Shown here: positions 1-10,151 of the stretch, one piece after another
How the letters are laid out: every line of letters begins with the position of its first letter
Position numbering within the stretch: position 1 is the first letter of the stretch
Assembly: GCA_964654345.1 (NCBI GenBank)
Contig: CAZZIX010000001.1
Span: forward strand, 1 to 49,337
Length of the DNA: 49,337 bases
Source of the DNA: an uncultured Methylomarinum sp.
Lineage (GTDB): Bacteria; Pseudomonadota; Gammaproteobacteria; Methylococcales; Methylomonadaceae
Reading direction: 5' to 3'
Program-made: the position numbers and the translations under genes
The notes under the pieces: model-generated
Told to the model about the DNA's origin: nothing
Database searches by the model: none
The model's input: only the letters and a program-made list of their open reading frames with translations

Positions 1-371
1 GAATGGTTTTCTAGTTTAACTATGGCTTCTTGAACTTCTGGTTTAATCTTTATTTGTTCTGTTTCTAGTGGTTTATTAGCATTAGAAATATTGATTGTTG
101 GCTGAGAAATGGGTTCTTTTGATGAGATTATGTCCGAAGTTTCCAAGGTGTTTTTAGGCTTGGAAGTTAAGGGTGCTGTGACAGCTTCGTCATTAACGAT
201 AAAGTTAGTTAAAGCAAAACCCACAGTAAGACAAAGAAGTATTATCAGGAAAAAATATGAGTTTTTTTGAGTGGCAGTAGCCGCTTTATTCTGATTTATT
301 TTTCTTTGTTTTGGGCTGTTGCTGGCATTTCTACTTTCTAAGTCTTGTAAAACCTGGTTCAATAAGCTCAT
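1..371 (-). CDS. mshN: MSHA pilus biogenesis protein MshN-like, N-terminal part (gene runs off the window start)
   Basis: Not in the ORF track because it is open-ended. The ATG at 371..369 overlaps the mshM stop as ATGA. My translation, MSLLNQVLQDLESRNASNSPKQRK...YFFLIILLCLTVGFALTNFIV..., has no stop down to position 1. A short cytoplasmic head, one TM helix and the position after mshM all fit MshN. Confidence 0.45.
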   Translation of the reverse strand, partial: MSLLNQVLQDLESRNASNSPKQRKINQNKAATATQKNSYFFLIILLCLTVGFALTNFIVNDEAVTAPLTSKPKNTLETSDIISSKEPISQPTINISNANKPLETEQIKIKPEVQEAIVKLENH

Positions 372-1330
372 GACAAAACACCTGTTTGTTGAGCAATTAG
401 CAAACCCAGGCTGGCCATCAGGGTTAAGAAAAAACCTTGTTTGATTCTAAAAGTATGAAAACGATTGTTAGTTACATCGGTATCTTGTACAGCTAGTAGA
501 ACTTGTTTTAAACCTATTGTTTCTAAATCTTTTCCATAAGCAGATAACATCGCTTTATGAGCAAGTATATTGATTATTCTGGGAGTACCTTTGCTGTAAT
601 AATGCAATGCAAAGAGTGCTGGTTTAGAGAAAATATTTGGATTTTCAATATGAGCAACACGTAAACGATGTTTAATATAAGCACTAACCTCTTTAAGTGT
701 AAGGTGTTTTAAGTTATAGCTAAATGTTATACGTTGTCTAAATTGACGAATTGATTTTTTTTGTAATAAGGTATCTAGTTCAGGCTGACCTAATAAAATG
801 ACTTGTAATAATTTTTGTTTTTCTGTTTCTAAATTAGTTAATAGCCTTAATGCCTCCAAGCTTTCTTCAGACATTGCTTGAGCTTCATCAATAATAATAA
901 CAGTTTTTTGTCTTTTTGCTGCCGCTTTAAGTAAATGTGCAGTAATATGTTGTAAAATCTGACTTTGACCACTGTCTCCAGAATGTTTTATACCTAACTC
1001 ATCAGCAATATTGATGCGCTGAATAACCGCTTTAGAATAAGGAATGTCGAGTTCTTCAGCAATGGCTAAGCGGAGTCCTGCGGGTGTTAAATGTGGGTTA
1101 GGAATGTAGGCAGTAACAAAGGGGTGTTTTAGTGAGTTAAGAACCTTTCTACATAACATCGTCTTCCCTGTTCCAACATCACCGGTTATTTTTATAAAGC
1201 CTTCACCACTTTTTAGTGCAATGCTTAAAACATTCATTGCCTCATTATGACTGGGCAAGTTAAAGTAAAATTGTGTGTCGGGAGTTAATCCAAATGGAAA
1301 CTCAGACAAGCCAAAATGTTTTAGGTACAT
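368..1330 (-). CDS. mshM: MSHA biogenesis ATPase MshM (ExeA/GspA-like AAA ATPase)
   Basis: Walker A GDVGTGKT, Walker B VIIIDEAQ, and ExeA-type LRLLTNLETEKQKLLQVILLGQPEL. It lies directly after the secretin gene, as in msh operons. Confidence 0.8.
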   Translation of the reverse strand: MYLKHFGLSEFPFGLTPDTQFYFNLPSHNEAMNVLSIALKSGEGFIKITGDVGTGKTMLCRKVLNSLKHPFVTAYIPNPHLTPAGLRLAIAEELDIPYSKAVIQRINIADELGIKHSGDSGQSQILQHITAHLLKAAAKRQKTVIIIDEAQAMSEESLEALRLLTNLETEKQKLLQVILLGQPELDTLLQKKSIRQFRQRITFSYNLKHLTLKEVSAYIKHRLRVAHIENPNIFSKPALFALHYYSKGTPRIINILAHKAMLSAYGKDLETIGLKQVLLAVQDTDVTNNRFHTFRIKQGFFLTLMASLGLLIAQQTGVLS

Positions 1331-1409
1331 AGGTCTTAGCCCTGTGTAGATTGAAGAGGGCTATTTCTTTGCCAACTCAGAAAATTGAGAGAAGCCAAAA
1401 ATATTATGA

Positions 1410-3017
1410 TTATTTCCATAATGGATGGTTTCGTAGTTGATTAATCTGCTTTCTGCTAGTGTTGAGAGCTGGTTCCCAATCACTTTCACTATTAATTAAG
1501 GTCGGTTTAAGAAGAATCACTAATTCCGATTTTTTAGTCTTACCCGTACTTACTCTAAATAAGTTACCTAGATAGGGGATTTGAGAAAGCCCAGCAATAC
1601 CTCTTTTGCTTTCTTCTTTCATTTCCTGCATTAATCCACCAATAACAACAATTTGACCATTTTTAGCTTTTATAATACTGTCAGATTCTCGCACAGTATT
1701 TAACGCCATAGGCAGTGAACCTTCTTTTCCATTAAGGGTGAAGTTTTTTGTCTGGTCTTTTACGCGCGTAATAGACGGGTGTATATGCAATGTAATTTCA
1801 TCATTGTCATTGATTTGAGGCGTCACATCTAAAGAAATACCCGAAAAGAAAGGGGTAAAGGTAATATCTTGAGTTTGAGTGGGTATGCCAGAAATACTTG
1901 TTTCCGTATCGGTTGAAACTTCGGTAATAAAGAATTCATCTTGACCGACTTTAATAATTGCCTTTTGGTTATTTAAAGTTGATATTCTAGGGCTGGATAA
2001 TATATTGGCTTTGCCTTGTGTTTCTAATAATTCAATATAGGCACTAAAATCACCCCAGCTTCCACCGATAGTAAAAATATTTCTAAATGAGTCTAATGCT
2101 GTTAAAGCACCAATGCCTGTCAACAAAGGTGCCTTATTAATACCTTCTCGAATAACACTTTGCCAATTAACCCCTGCCTGGTGACTATCATCTAAAATAA
2201 TCTCAATGATTTTTGCTTCTATAATGACTTGTTTACTAATTTGTTTTTGAGTATGAGAAATAAAATCTTCTACTTCTCTAAGTTGCATCGGTTTTGCGCG
2301 AACAACAACAACGCCGGATTGGCGATTAATAACAACAGATGCTTGTGGATCTATTGAAATAATTGACTGTATTGCCAGTTTTATTTCACTCCAGGCATCA
2401 GAATTTGTTTGAGTTTTGATCCAGCTTCCAGAGCTTGAGGAATTTGAATTGTTATCGTCTGATGACTCTGAGCTACCTTCACTATCACTACTTGCAAGTT
2501 GACCAGAAGTAACTTGAGTGTTTGACTGGCCATTTCTAATAAGGTCTAGAATATTAAGTTTAAATATTTTTGTTTGTAGGGTGGCTGGGTAAACAATATA
2601 GCCGATGTCATTTTTTTTAAAATTATAACCGTATACTTTTTGTGTGGCATTCATCACCTGGTCAATCGTTACATTTTTTAATTCTAAAGAAATTAACCCA
2701 TTAACATCAGGGTGAACCATCATGTTTTCTTCGGTATCGACAACGAGCCCCATAAAAAAATCACGCGCTTTAGCTTGATGAACCGATATATTGAATAGTC
2801 TGGGGCTTAATGGTTTATTTTGGCTGAAAAGTGTTTGGTTATAATTAGGGACTAATGCGTCACTAATTTCAGCAGGTATTTTTTGATTTTTCTCAACCAG
2901 AACTGGCGTAGATGAGCCAGAAAATGCTTCGTCAATAGTGTCTTGTGTTGCTGTCGGAATGGTAGAGCATGAAAGCAATAAAGAGATTATTATAAAAAAT
3001 AAGATAAGTTTTTTCAT
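1410..3017 (-). CDS. mshL: MSHA pilus secretin MshL (lipoprotein, GspD/PilQ superfamily)
   Basis: Lipobox LLLSC. C-terminal secretin core (LSSPRISTLNNQKAIIKVGQDEFF ... GIAGLSQIPYLGNLFR ... ELVILLKPTLI). Sits between mshK and mshM. Confidence 0.85.
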   Translation of the reverse strand: MKKLILFFIIISLLLSCSTIPTATQDTIDEAFSGSSTPVLVEKNQKIPAEISDALVPNYNQTLFSQNKPLSPRLFNISVHQAKARDFFMGLVVDTEENMMVHPDVNGLISLELKNVTIDQVMNATQKVYGYNFKKNDIGYIVYPATLQTKIFKLNILDLIRNGQSNTQVTSGQLASSDSEGSSESSDDNNSNSSSSGSWIKTQTNSDAWSEIKLAIQSIISIDPQASVVINRQSGVVVVRAKPMQLREVEDFISHTQKQISKQVIIEAKIIEIILDDSHQAGVNWQSVIREGINKAPLLTGIGALTALDSFRNIFTIGGSWGDFSAYIELLETQGKANILSSPRISTLNNQKAIIKVGQDEFFITEVSTDTETSISGIPTQTQDITFTPFFSGISLDVTPQINDNDEITLHIHPSITRVKDQTKNFTLNGKEGSLPMALNTVRESDSIIKAKNGQIVVIGGLMQEMKEESKRGIAGLSQIPYLGNLFRVSTGKTKKSELVILLKPTLINSESDWEPALNTSRKQINQLRNHPLWK

Positions 3018-3032
3018 AGCTGAAGTATTTTG

Positions 3033-3374
3033 TTACTGTGACTTAAAAGAGTGAGAAAAAAGGCTGAGTTTTTTTGTTTTACCCTTTTGCTTGATTAATA
3101 CGGAATTACTTTCAATCTTTAAAATTTTAATCGTGGAGAAAATAAAATCTCCTTGTTGAGCTGTCACGCCATTGATAGTTGCACGCTTTGAGTCACCAGA
3201 AATCCAGATGGAAGATAGTTTTAATTGTTTTGAGTGACTAGATTTAACATCTGTATTTTGAAAATAAGAAGCAGGTTTAGTTGGATCCCTAAATTCTGCA
3301 AAACAGTAGATGTTGTACAATAAGCTAACGATCAAAAATAATAATTTTTTATAAGCCAAGCCAGTTCTCCTCAA
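3033..3374 (-). CDS. mshK: MSHA biogenesis protein MshK-like
   Basis: About 110 aa with a signal peptide. Contains the RDPTKP motif followed by LKLSSIWISG..RATINGV, typical of MshK, and sits between mshJ and mshL. The start is uncertain: the ORF overlaps the mshJ end by 26 nt. Confidence 0.6.
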   Translation of the reverse strand: MRRTGLAYKKLLFLIVSLLYNIYCFAEFRDPTKPASYFQNTDVKSSHSKQLKLSSIWISGDSKRATINGVTAQQGDFIFSTIKILKIESNSVLIKQKGKTKKLSLFSHSFKSQ

Positions 3375-3981
3375 AACTTAAGGTATAAACACGTAAAGTA
3401 GTTTCGGCTATAGGGTACTTTTCAACTTTATAGTCAATGGTATCCCAGCTGAATTTCCAGGGAAGCGACTCCAAAGATTTTAGATAATTAAGCGTATTTT
3501 GATAGTTGCCTCTTAAAGTAATTGATAAGCCATGTCGGTAAACACCTGAATGGTCTTGGTCAGATTTAGATAAGGAAGTGACTGGAATTGATTCCAGTTT
3601 TACCAACTTTAATGCACTATTTTCTTTTAGGATATTGCTTAGAACTTCTACCATTACATGAGCTGAAACAAACACTTTTTCTCCAATACCCAGCTGTGAC
3701 TTTGATTTTTTAAGTTCTACTTTAATTTGACTAAGCTTTTGTTTGTTAGTCTGGTTAGGATCTGTTTTTCCTAAAGTTTCTATTAGCATTGCCGATTGTT
3801 GCTGTTCCATAACTTGAAGATTTATGGAAGAAAGCTGGTCTTTTAATTGGCTATGGTTTGCGATAAGTGGTTGATAGAAAAAATTATCCCATACACCCCA
3901 AAAAACAATGGCTAATGTAGCTAGTAGTATTGATCTTTCTCTAGTTGTTAAGGTATTAAATTGTTCAATAAGACTATTCAT
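3349..3981 (-). CDS. mshJ: MSHA biogenesis protein MshJ-like (PilO-like)
   Basis: The track ORF 3349..4035 is trimmed to the internal ATG at 3981 (MNSLIEQFNTLTTRERSILLATLAIVFWG). This gives the usual short overlap with the upstream gene and an N-terminal TM helix. Operon position supports the call. Confidence 0.6.
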   Translation of the reverse strand: MNSLIEQFNTLTTRERSILLATLAIVFWGVWDNFFYQPLIANHSQLKDQLSSINLQVMEQQQSAMLIETLGKTDPNQTNKQKLSQIKVELKKSKSQLGIGEKVFVSAHVMVEVLSNILKENSALKLVKLESIPVTSLSKSDQDHSGVYRHGLSITLRGNYQNTLNYLKSLESLPWKFSWDTIDYKVEKYPIAETTLRVYTLSFEENWLGL

Positions 3982-4597
3982 TAGACTCACTCTTTTCTTC
4001 TGATTTTTTTGCGGCAGTACTAACGTTGAAATCAAGTTGTTTTTTTATTTTGATAGATTGAGTCATATTTAATGAGTCAAAAAAACGTCCTTTAAAAACA
4101 GCTTCATGATGTAATTTTTGTAAAAATTCTGGGATCGTTTTTGTATTAAAAGTGCTGCCATGTAATGAAAGGTAATTTCTTTCGGCATCAATAGATATTT
4201 CAGTTAGCCAAATGTCTGAAGAACTTTGTCTGGCTAAGGCAGATAAATATCTGGAAAAACCTTGAGTCTGGTCTGATTCATTATCAGATAATAAATAAAC
4301 AACTTGAGATAAGCTGCTCAATATATTTTCATAACGAGATATTTCTTGTTGAATGAAGGTGTCTACTTGTTGCTCAGGATATTGCTCTTGCATTAATTGA
4401 ACATGCGATTCTGCATCACTGAGTTGTTGATGAGCTTGTTGTATGTTGGCTTCAGTATTGTTCTGATCAATTAATAAATAGATACTGAACCCCAGAAATA
4501 ATAAAGCAGCTAGAGCAATTCCATACAGATAGTTATTTAAATCTGATGTAGTCTTAGTTTTAAGTGCATCTTGGTATAAGTTAACTTGTTGAATCAT
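3974..4597 (-). CDS. mshI2: MshI C-terminal-type protein (PilN-like fimbrial assembly protein)
   Basis: One TM helix (YLYGIALAALLFLGFSIYLLI) followed by a coiled-coil/periplasmic domain. It overlaps the upstream PilM-like ORF by 4 nt. Confidence 0.55.
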   Translation of the reverse strand: MIQQVNLYQDALKTKTTSDLNNYLYGIALAALLFLGFSIYLLIDQNNTEANIQQAHQQLSDAESHVQLMQEQYPEQQVDTFIQQEISRYENILSSLSQVVYLLSDNESDQTQGFSRYLSALARQSSSDIWLTEISIDAERNYLSLHGSTFNTKTIPEFLQKLHHEAVFKGRFFDSLNMTQSIKIKKQLDFNVSTAAKKSEEKSESNE

Positions 4598-5550
4598 TTT
4601 GAATCACTAGCCTCCCTTAATGTGGCGCCGATAACAGGGGCGCATAGGGATTGAGTGCTGTCATTCAATAGAATATCACTGTCTATCATGGCAGATAAAT
4701 CCATTATTCTGCTGGTAATGCCATGATTATTATTAAGAAAGTCTAAAATTCCTTGCGTGTTCTTTATGACAGGAATAACAGCTAGTTCTGAAATTGGGGG
4801 TAGGTTGTAATAACTTTCTATATAATCAAAAGAACGCTGTATGTCTAATGCCAAGCTATTTCGTTCTAGTTCTATTTGTCCGTCGCTCATAAAAGAATCA
4901 GTGAACCCTAAGCGGTCAAAACCCATGGCTAATTTACGACTCAGATGGATCAGCCCATTTAGTTCAATAATAATTTGACCGGTATTTTTTTGTAAATGGA
5001 GTACAGCAATTCCTGTCTTGTTTTCTGGGAGTAAACTTGCCAGATTTCTAAGGCTGGTTTCTTGTATATCAATGACTTTTACTTGTAAATTACACGATGT
5101 GCATAAATCAATTAGAGGCTGGATAGTGGATTTAGGCGTGGCGACAACCTCCATTTTTTTTTCGGTATTTACACGCTCAGAAACGGGAAGTGGGTAGTGA
5201 TCAATAATTGCATCATCTATATGAAACTCTACCAAATCACTCACTTTCCAGCGAATAGCTTCTGACATTTCACTTTCGGTAACTGCAGGTGGTTCTATTG
5301 TTATTAAACGATAATCATCAGATGCAAGAACAAGGTGGCAATCGTAATCTTTCAAATGATGAGTTTCAGTGAGTTGTTGAAGCGATAATTGTTTATTGTT
5401 TGTGTGAATGAATTCACAGTGAATCAGTTTAGGTTTTTGATTAATTGTATATTGAGAAACGGCAAGCGCAATACCTTCCGAGGTAAAACTTATCGCAGTT
5501 ATACCTTTGCTAGCTTTGTTCTTTGTGAAAATTTTGTTAAACAATTGCAC
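4594..5550 (-). CDS. mshI: MshI N-terminal-type protein (PilM-like actin-fold assembly protein)
   Basis: 318 aa cytoplasmic protein and the first gene of the msh block. Its size and position match the PilM-like half of MshI. The assignment rests on context more than on motifs. Confidence 0.55.
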   Translation of the reverse strand: MQLFNKIFTKNKASKGITAISFTSEGIALAVSQYTINQKPKLIHCEFIHTNNKQLSLQQLTETHHLKDYDCHLVLASDDYRLITIEPPAVTESEMSEAIRWKVSDLVEFHIDDAIIDHYPLPVSERVNTEKKMEVVATPKSTIQPLIDLCTSCNLQVKVIDIQETSLRNLASLLPENKTGIAVLHLQKNTGQIIIELNGLIHLSRKLAMGFDRLGFTDSFMSDGQIELERNSLALDIQRSFDYIESYYNLPPISELAVIPVIKNTQGILDFLNNNHGITSRIMDLSAMIDSDILLNDSTQSLCAPVIGATLREASDSK

Positions 5551-5617
5551 TGTATTATTCCTGAGAATGAGTGCTTTTAGTTTAGATGAAGATTATTGGA
5601 ATACAAGGAGTTGGCTG

Positions 5618-6412
5618 TTAATCCTGAGTTTTACTTTGAATCCAGTTGATTTCTTTAGCCGTTTTCATGCCAACAATACAAGATTCAAGGCTTTCAGCCA
5701 TTTCCGATTGATGATTAGATTGAGGAATTTTAGCAGCCATTATTTCTGCAAGTGATTGTGGAAATAGAGGTTTTTTTTCTGGTTCAGCATAACCGGCAGG
5801 AAATATAGGCTGGTTATTTCTGTCATATTTATCGCTTGCGCCTAGTGTATGTAATATCTCGTGGGCGATAACGATATTGTTTTGTTGCTCAAGTTTATCG
5901 GAGGCAAAGGTATGGGCAAGGACTAATAATCCTTTGTCTAGTCCAAGTGAGTGTTGTAATTGTTTGTTTTCTTCGGCTTGATGGTAGTAAACGAAGGCTC
6001 TTACACGATGTAAGTTAGAATTGTTATCAGGCGTAGTTTTATAAGCCCAGTATCGAAGCTTTAAGCTCCACCAGGCAATTTTACTAAAACTGGCACTAGG
6101 CAATGGCGCTTCAGGTGGGAGTTCATTGATTATAGAACCTAGGCTAGTGAAAGTGGGGTTTTGAATAGATAAATTATAATGTTTGGCTTCATCTTGAAAA
6201 AAAAGATCAATATCGTTGAAAGCTTCGATTTTAAGTTGTTTGATATATTGTTCAGCAACCATGCTACCGTCACCATTCATGGGGTAGATGATGATTTGTA
6301 AAGGTTCAGACCACGCTCGGGATTTTAGTTTTTGCGTTTTTGTATAAAAGGCAAGTGAGATGAAAATAACTAATAAAACAAGAATTCTGAAGATTTTGAA
6401 CAGAATCTTCAT
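5618..6412 (-). CDS. Membrane-anchored putative zinc metallopeptidase with a metzincin-like HExxHxxGxxD motif; family not recognised
   Basis: N-terminal TM anchor (ILVLLVIFISLAFY). Motif HEILHTLGASD (HExxHxxGxxD, snapalysin-type third ligand Asp) with Met-containing segments downstream. Only 11 nt separate it from the upstream JAB gene. Confidence 0.45.
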   Translation of the reverse strand: MKILFKIFRILVLLVIFISLAFYTKTQKLKSRAWSEPLQIIIYPMNGDGSMVAEQYIKQLKIEAFNDIDLFFQDEAKHYNLSIQNPTFTSLGSIINELPPEAPLPSASFSKIAWWSLKLRYWAYKTTPDNNSNLHRVRAFVYYHQAEENKQLQHSLGLDKGLLVLAHTFASDKLEQQNNIVIAHEILHTLGASDKYDRNNQPIFPAGYAEPEKKPLFPQSLAEIMAAKIPQSNHQSEMAESLESCIVGMKTAKEINWIQSKTQD

Positions 6413-6423
6413 CGCTTAATATA

Positions 6424-6843
6424 TTAATCAGAAAGCATACTGAGTGAAATTTCAGTAAAGGATTCGTCAATCATTCTAAACCCTTTGATTTCAAGTACAC
6501 CTTTTGTGTTGAGTGATATGATTAAATAAAGTGCATCAGGGTATACTGCAAGTTCTTTATCAGTAGTTGACGGCTCTGCAGGTGCAGTCGGATGAGAGTG
6601 ATAGATAGCAAACAATGTTTCGTTTTTGTCTCTAATGTTAGATATAGCACTAATTTGTTGTTTAGCATCCATATGAAAACGCGTTTCTGGTTGATCAGCT
6701 ATATTCTGGACTGGATAGCAGGTGTTGGCAATGCCATTTTTTGCACCAATTAAGCCACATATTTCTTTTTTCGGAGAAATTTGTGCTAAATGTAATAATT
6801 GGGTCGTGACACTTCTAGGGAGTTGAAATTCTTCATGCTTCAT
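6424..6843 (-). CDS. JAB/MPN (Mov34) family metalloisopeptidase, JAMM motif intact
   Basis: EICGLIG glutamate plus HSHPTAPAEPSTTD, which equals HxH-x7-S-xx-D. I prefer the ATG at 6843, which overlaps the prmC stop as ATGA, over the track start at 6855. Confidence 0.75.
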   Translation of the reverse strand: MKHEEFQLPRSVTTQLLHLAQISPKKEICGLIGAKNGIANTCYPVQNIADQPETRFHMDAKQQISAISNIRDKNETLFAIYHSHPTAPAEPSTTDKELAVYPDALYLIISLNTKGVLEIKGFRMIDESFTEISLSMLSD

Positions 6844-7685
6844 TTTGTCTTCCATTGGCCTGTTGTTACTCTAGGGTTGCCAGAGAGGTCGGGGTGGGTT
6901 TTGATATTGTGGTAATTAAATGATTTAAATATAGCTTGAACAGCTTTTTGTTGATCAAAGCCATGCTCAATAAATAGTGTACCATTATGCGTTAAAAAAT
7001 TGTGAGCCTGATTACTGATTTTTTTGATGTCACTTAAACCGTGGTCTTCTGAGATTAAGGCGCTTTTAGGCTCAAAACGAATATCACCCTGAGATAAATG
7101 AGGATCATTATAGGCAATATAGGGTGGGTTACTGATGATTAAGTCAAATTTTAAATCGGGTATTTGGGCAAACCAATTAGATTGGATAAAGTTAATATTC
7201 TTGATTTGGTGGGTTGCAGCATTTTGTTTTGCAATTGTGAGTGCCTGGGAGCTAAGGTCAGTGGCAATAACGTGTATATCCGGTCGTTCTGCTGCGAGGG
7301 TAATGCTAATGATGCCGCTGCCTGTTCCTAAATCAATGATGCTAGCTTTGTGCGTGTCAGCTAGAATGCACAAGCTAAGTTCAATTAATAATTCGGTATC
7401 AGGTCGAGGTATTAACACTTGGTTATTGACTTTGAAATTGCGCGACCAAAATTCTCTATTCCCAATAATATAAGCAATTGGAATCCCTTGTTGACGTTGT
7501 TTAATCAACTGTAAAAACTGCTGTTTATCTTCTGCTTGTAATTTTTTTTCAGGCCAGGCTCTAAGGTGAGACCTGGATTTTTTTAAAACATGACAGAGTA
7601 AAACTTCTGTATCAAGTGAAGCGGAATCTGATGTTTTTTCCAGTAGTTTTGTAGTAGTAGATAAGGCTGTTTGAATATCAGTCAT
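6840..7685 (-). CDS. prmC: Release-factor glutamine N5-methyltransferase PrmC (HemK)
   Basis: SAM-binding IDLGTGSGI and catalytic NPPY (ISNPPYI). Overlaps the prfA end by 8 nt, in the classical hemA-prfA-prmC order. Confidence 0.9.
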   Translation of the reverse strand: MTDIQTALSTTTKLLEKTSDSASLDTEVLLCHVLKKSRSHLRAWPEKKLQAEDKQQFLQLIKQRQQGIPIAYIIGNREFWSRNFKVNNQVLIPRPDTELLIELSLCILADTHKASIIDLGTGSGIISITLAAERPDIHVIATDLSSQALTIAKQNAATHQIKNINFIQSNWFAQIPDLKFDLIISNPPYIAYNDPHLSQGDIRFEPKSALISEDHGLSDIKKISNQAHNFLTHNGTLFIEHGFDQQKAVQAIFKSFNYHNIKTHPDLSGNPRVTTGQWKTK

Positions 7686-8763
7686 TACCCAGTTGGGTTA
7701 ATAGTTCTGCTTGATGTTCACTAATTAAAGGATTAATGACATGCTCTAATCCACCTTGCATAATTTCATCTAGTTTATACAAAGTTAGATTAATGCGGTG
7801 GTCAGTCATACGTCCTTGTGGATAATTGTAGGTGCGGATTCGTTCTGATCTATCGCCTGAACCTATTTGAGATTTTCTGTCTTCTGCTTGTTCTGCTTGC
7901 TGTTTATCTTGTTCAGCAGTTAATAATCGGGATTGTAATAACGACATCGCCCTGGCTCTGTTTTTATGTTGAGAGCGTTCATCTTGACATTCTACAACAA
8001 CACCCGTTGGCAGGTGAGTAAGCCGAATAGCTGAATCTGTTTTGTTAACGTGCTGACCGCCTGAACCAGAAGCTCTAAATGTATCTACCCGCAAATCAGA
8101 TGAGTTAATTTCATACTCATCAATACTTTCTACTTCTGGCATAATAGCGACAGTACAGGCTGAGGTGTGAACCCGGCCTTGAGATTCTGTTTCTGGAACA
8201 CGTTGTACGCGATGAACACCAGATTCAAATTTTAATTGTGAATAAACTTCTTTACCTACAATGCGTAGAATAATTTCTTTATAGCCACCTTGGTCACTTC
8301 GGTTTTCATTGATGATTTCAGTTTTCCAGCCTTGTTTTTCTGAAAAACGTTGGTACATTTTGGCTAAATCACCTGAGAAAATAGAAGCTTCATCTCCACC
8401 TGTACCGGCGCGAACTTCTAAAAATACATTTCTATTGTCGTTAGAATCCTTGGGAAGCAATAAAATCTGTAATTGACTTTGGAGTGATTCTTTTTCAGCC
8501 TCAGCCTCAAGTAATTCCTCTTTGGCCATTTCTCTCATTTCAGGGTCAGAGTCTTTGGCCATTTCTTGTGCGGAGCTAATAGTTTCTTCGTTTTCTTTGT
8601 AGTGACTATAGCAAGTAACAATAGGATCTATTTGAGCATACTCCTGACTTAATGATCGAAATTTATTTTGATCACTTTGTACTTCAGGTTGAGACAGAAG
8701 GGCTGCGATTTCTTCAAAGCGATCGCCAAGGTTTTCAAGTTTAGTTTGTATTGAGGCTTTCAT
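7678..8763 (-). CDS. prfA: Peptide chain release factor 1
   Basis: GGQ motif ([21 protein letters not shown]) and a PxT-type RF1 decoding region. 361 aa with no internal frameshift. Confidence 0.97.
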   Translation of the reverse strand: MKASIQTKLENLGDRFEEIAALLSQPEVQSDQNKFRSLSQEYAQIDPIVTCYSHYKENEETISSAQEMAKDSDPEMREMAKEELLEAEAEKESLQSQLQILLLPKDSNDNRNVFLEVRAGTGGDEASIFSGDLAKMYQRFSEKQGWKTEIINENRSDQGGYKEIILRIVGKEVYSQLKFESGVHRVQRVPETESQGRVHTSACTVAIMPEVESIDEYEINSSDLRVDTFRASGSGGQHVNKTDSAIRLTHLPTGVVVECQDERSQHKNRARAMSLLQSRLLTAEQDKQQAEQAEDRKSQIGSGDRSERIRTYNYPQGRMTDHRINLTLYKLDEIMQGGLEHVINPLISEHQAELLTQLGND

Positions 8764-10013
8764 TATTTTAATTTAAATATTTCTCTTGCAGCGGCGACTA
8801 TATCATGTCGGTCATTTTCTCCCGCTTCTCTTAATTGAGCGCTGGGAGTGTGGATAAGTTTATTTGTCAGTGTGTGAGCTAGTTGATTTAAAACATCTTG
8901 TGCAGAACGACCATTTTTTAATTGGGTCATCGCTTTGGCAAGTACTTCATTGCGTGTTAATTCAGCTTGTAGCCGATAATCTTTGATGACTGATTGAGCA
9001 CCTTGGGAGCGCATCCACGACAGAAAATATTCAACTTGGGTATCAATAATTTCTTCTGCTTGTATAGCTGCTTTACGTCTGGAATCAATGTTCTGGTCTA
9101 TAGTATTCTGTAAATCATCAACAGTATAGAGGTAGACATCTCTTAGTTGTTCTACTTCTGCTTCAATATCACGAGGAACAGCTAAATCAACCATAAACAT
9201 AGGTTTATGTTTGCGCTTTTTGATGGCACTTTCAACTCGACCTTTACCTAAAATAGGCAGTTGACTCGCGGTAGAGGATACAACTATATCTGCTTCGGCT
9301 AAATGGTTGGGGATTTCGGATAAATCAATGGCATATCCGTTAAACTGAGTGGCTAAATGATGGGCTTTGTCATAAGTTCTATTAGCTATAATTATCCGGC
9401 CAATGTTATTTTGAGATAAATGTCTGGCGGTTAACTCTATAGTTTCCCCTGCTCCTATTAGCAGTGCAGTCTGTTCTGATAGTGAGTCAAAAATTTGTTG
9501 GGCTAATTGTACAGCAGCAAAAGCAACTGAGACTGGGCTGGAACCAATTGCGGTGTCGGTGCGTACTTTTTTGGCAGCTGAAAAAGTGTGATGGAATAAT
9601 TTCCCTAGATGTTTTCCTAATGTACCCGCCTCATACGCTGCTTGATAAGCTGTTTTCATTTGACCAAGAATTTGTGGTTCGCCAAGAACCATTGAGTCTA
9701 ATCCACAGGCAACACGGAACATATGTCTTATCGACTGGCTGTCAGTATAATTGTATAAGTAGGGGGTAAAATCACGTGGCGGTATTTTTTTATTTTCTGC
9801 AATCCATTCAATAATTGTATTTGGGGCGTTTTCGTCAGTTTGAAAATAAAATTCTGTTCGATTGCAGGTAGATAAAATTGCTGCCCCATCAATTTTATGA
9901 CTATTCCATAGAGTTTTAAGAGAGGATTCGAGTAATTCAGCAGGGAATGCTAATCGTTCCCGAATTGCAACAGGCGCAGTATTATAATTTATTCCTACCG
10001 CATGAAGTGTCAT
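8763..10013 (-). CDS. hemA: Glutamyl-tRNA reductase
   Basis: [23 protein letters not shown], catalytic LSTCNRTE, and NADPH site LIGAGETIE. Lies upstream of prfA. Confidence 0.95.
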   Translation of the reverse strand: MTLHAVGINYNTAPVAIRERLAFPAELLESSLKTLWNSHKIDGAAILSTCNRTEFYFQTDENAPNTIIEWIAENKKIPPRDFTPYLYNYTDSQSIRHMFRVACGLDSMVLGEPQILGQMKTAYQAAYEAGTLGKHLGKLFHHTFSAAKKVRTDTAIGSSPVSVAFAAVQLAQQIFDSLSEQTALLIGAGETIELTARHLSQNNIGRIIIANRTYDKAHHLATQFNGYAIDLSEIPNHLAEADIVVSSTASQLPILGKGRVESAIKKRKHKPMFMVDLAVPRDIEAEVEQLRDVYLYTVDDLQNTIDQNIDSRRKAAIQAEEIIDTQVEYFLSWMRSQGAQSVIKDYRLQAELTRNEVLAKAMTQLKNGRSAQDVLNQLAHTLTNKLIHTPSAQLREAGENDRHDIVAAAREIFKLK

Positions 10014-10151
10014 TGATTGTGATGGATTGCCATATTAAAGGAGCTTATTCTAAGGAAAATAGCGATTTAATCAAATATATACTTTAAGTGAGGACGGTTA
10101 CTTATTTATATTTGTGGGTTTTTTGCATGGATAAATGTTTCTGAATCAGTT

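Noticed and set aside
5389-5755. Two plus-strand ORFs (63 and 82 aa) across the mshI start and the end of the HExxH gene.
   Set aside because: They are antisense to better-supported genes, have no motifs or RBS, and their composition is typical of out-of-frame reads.
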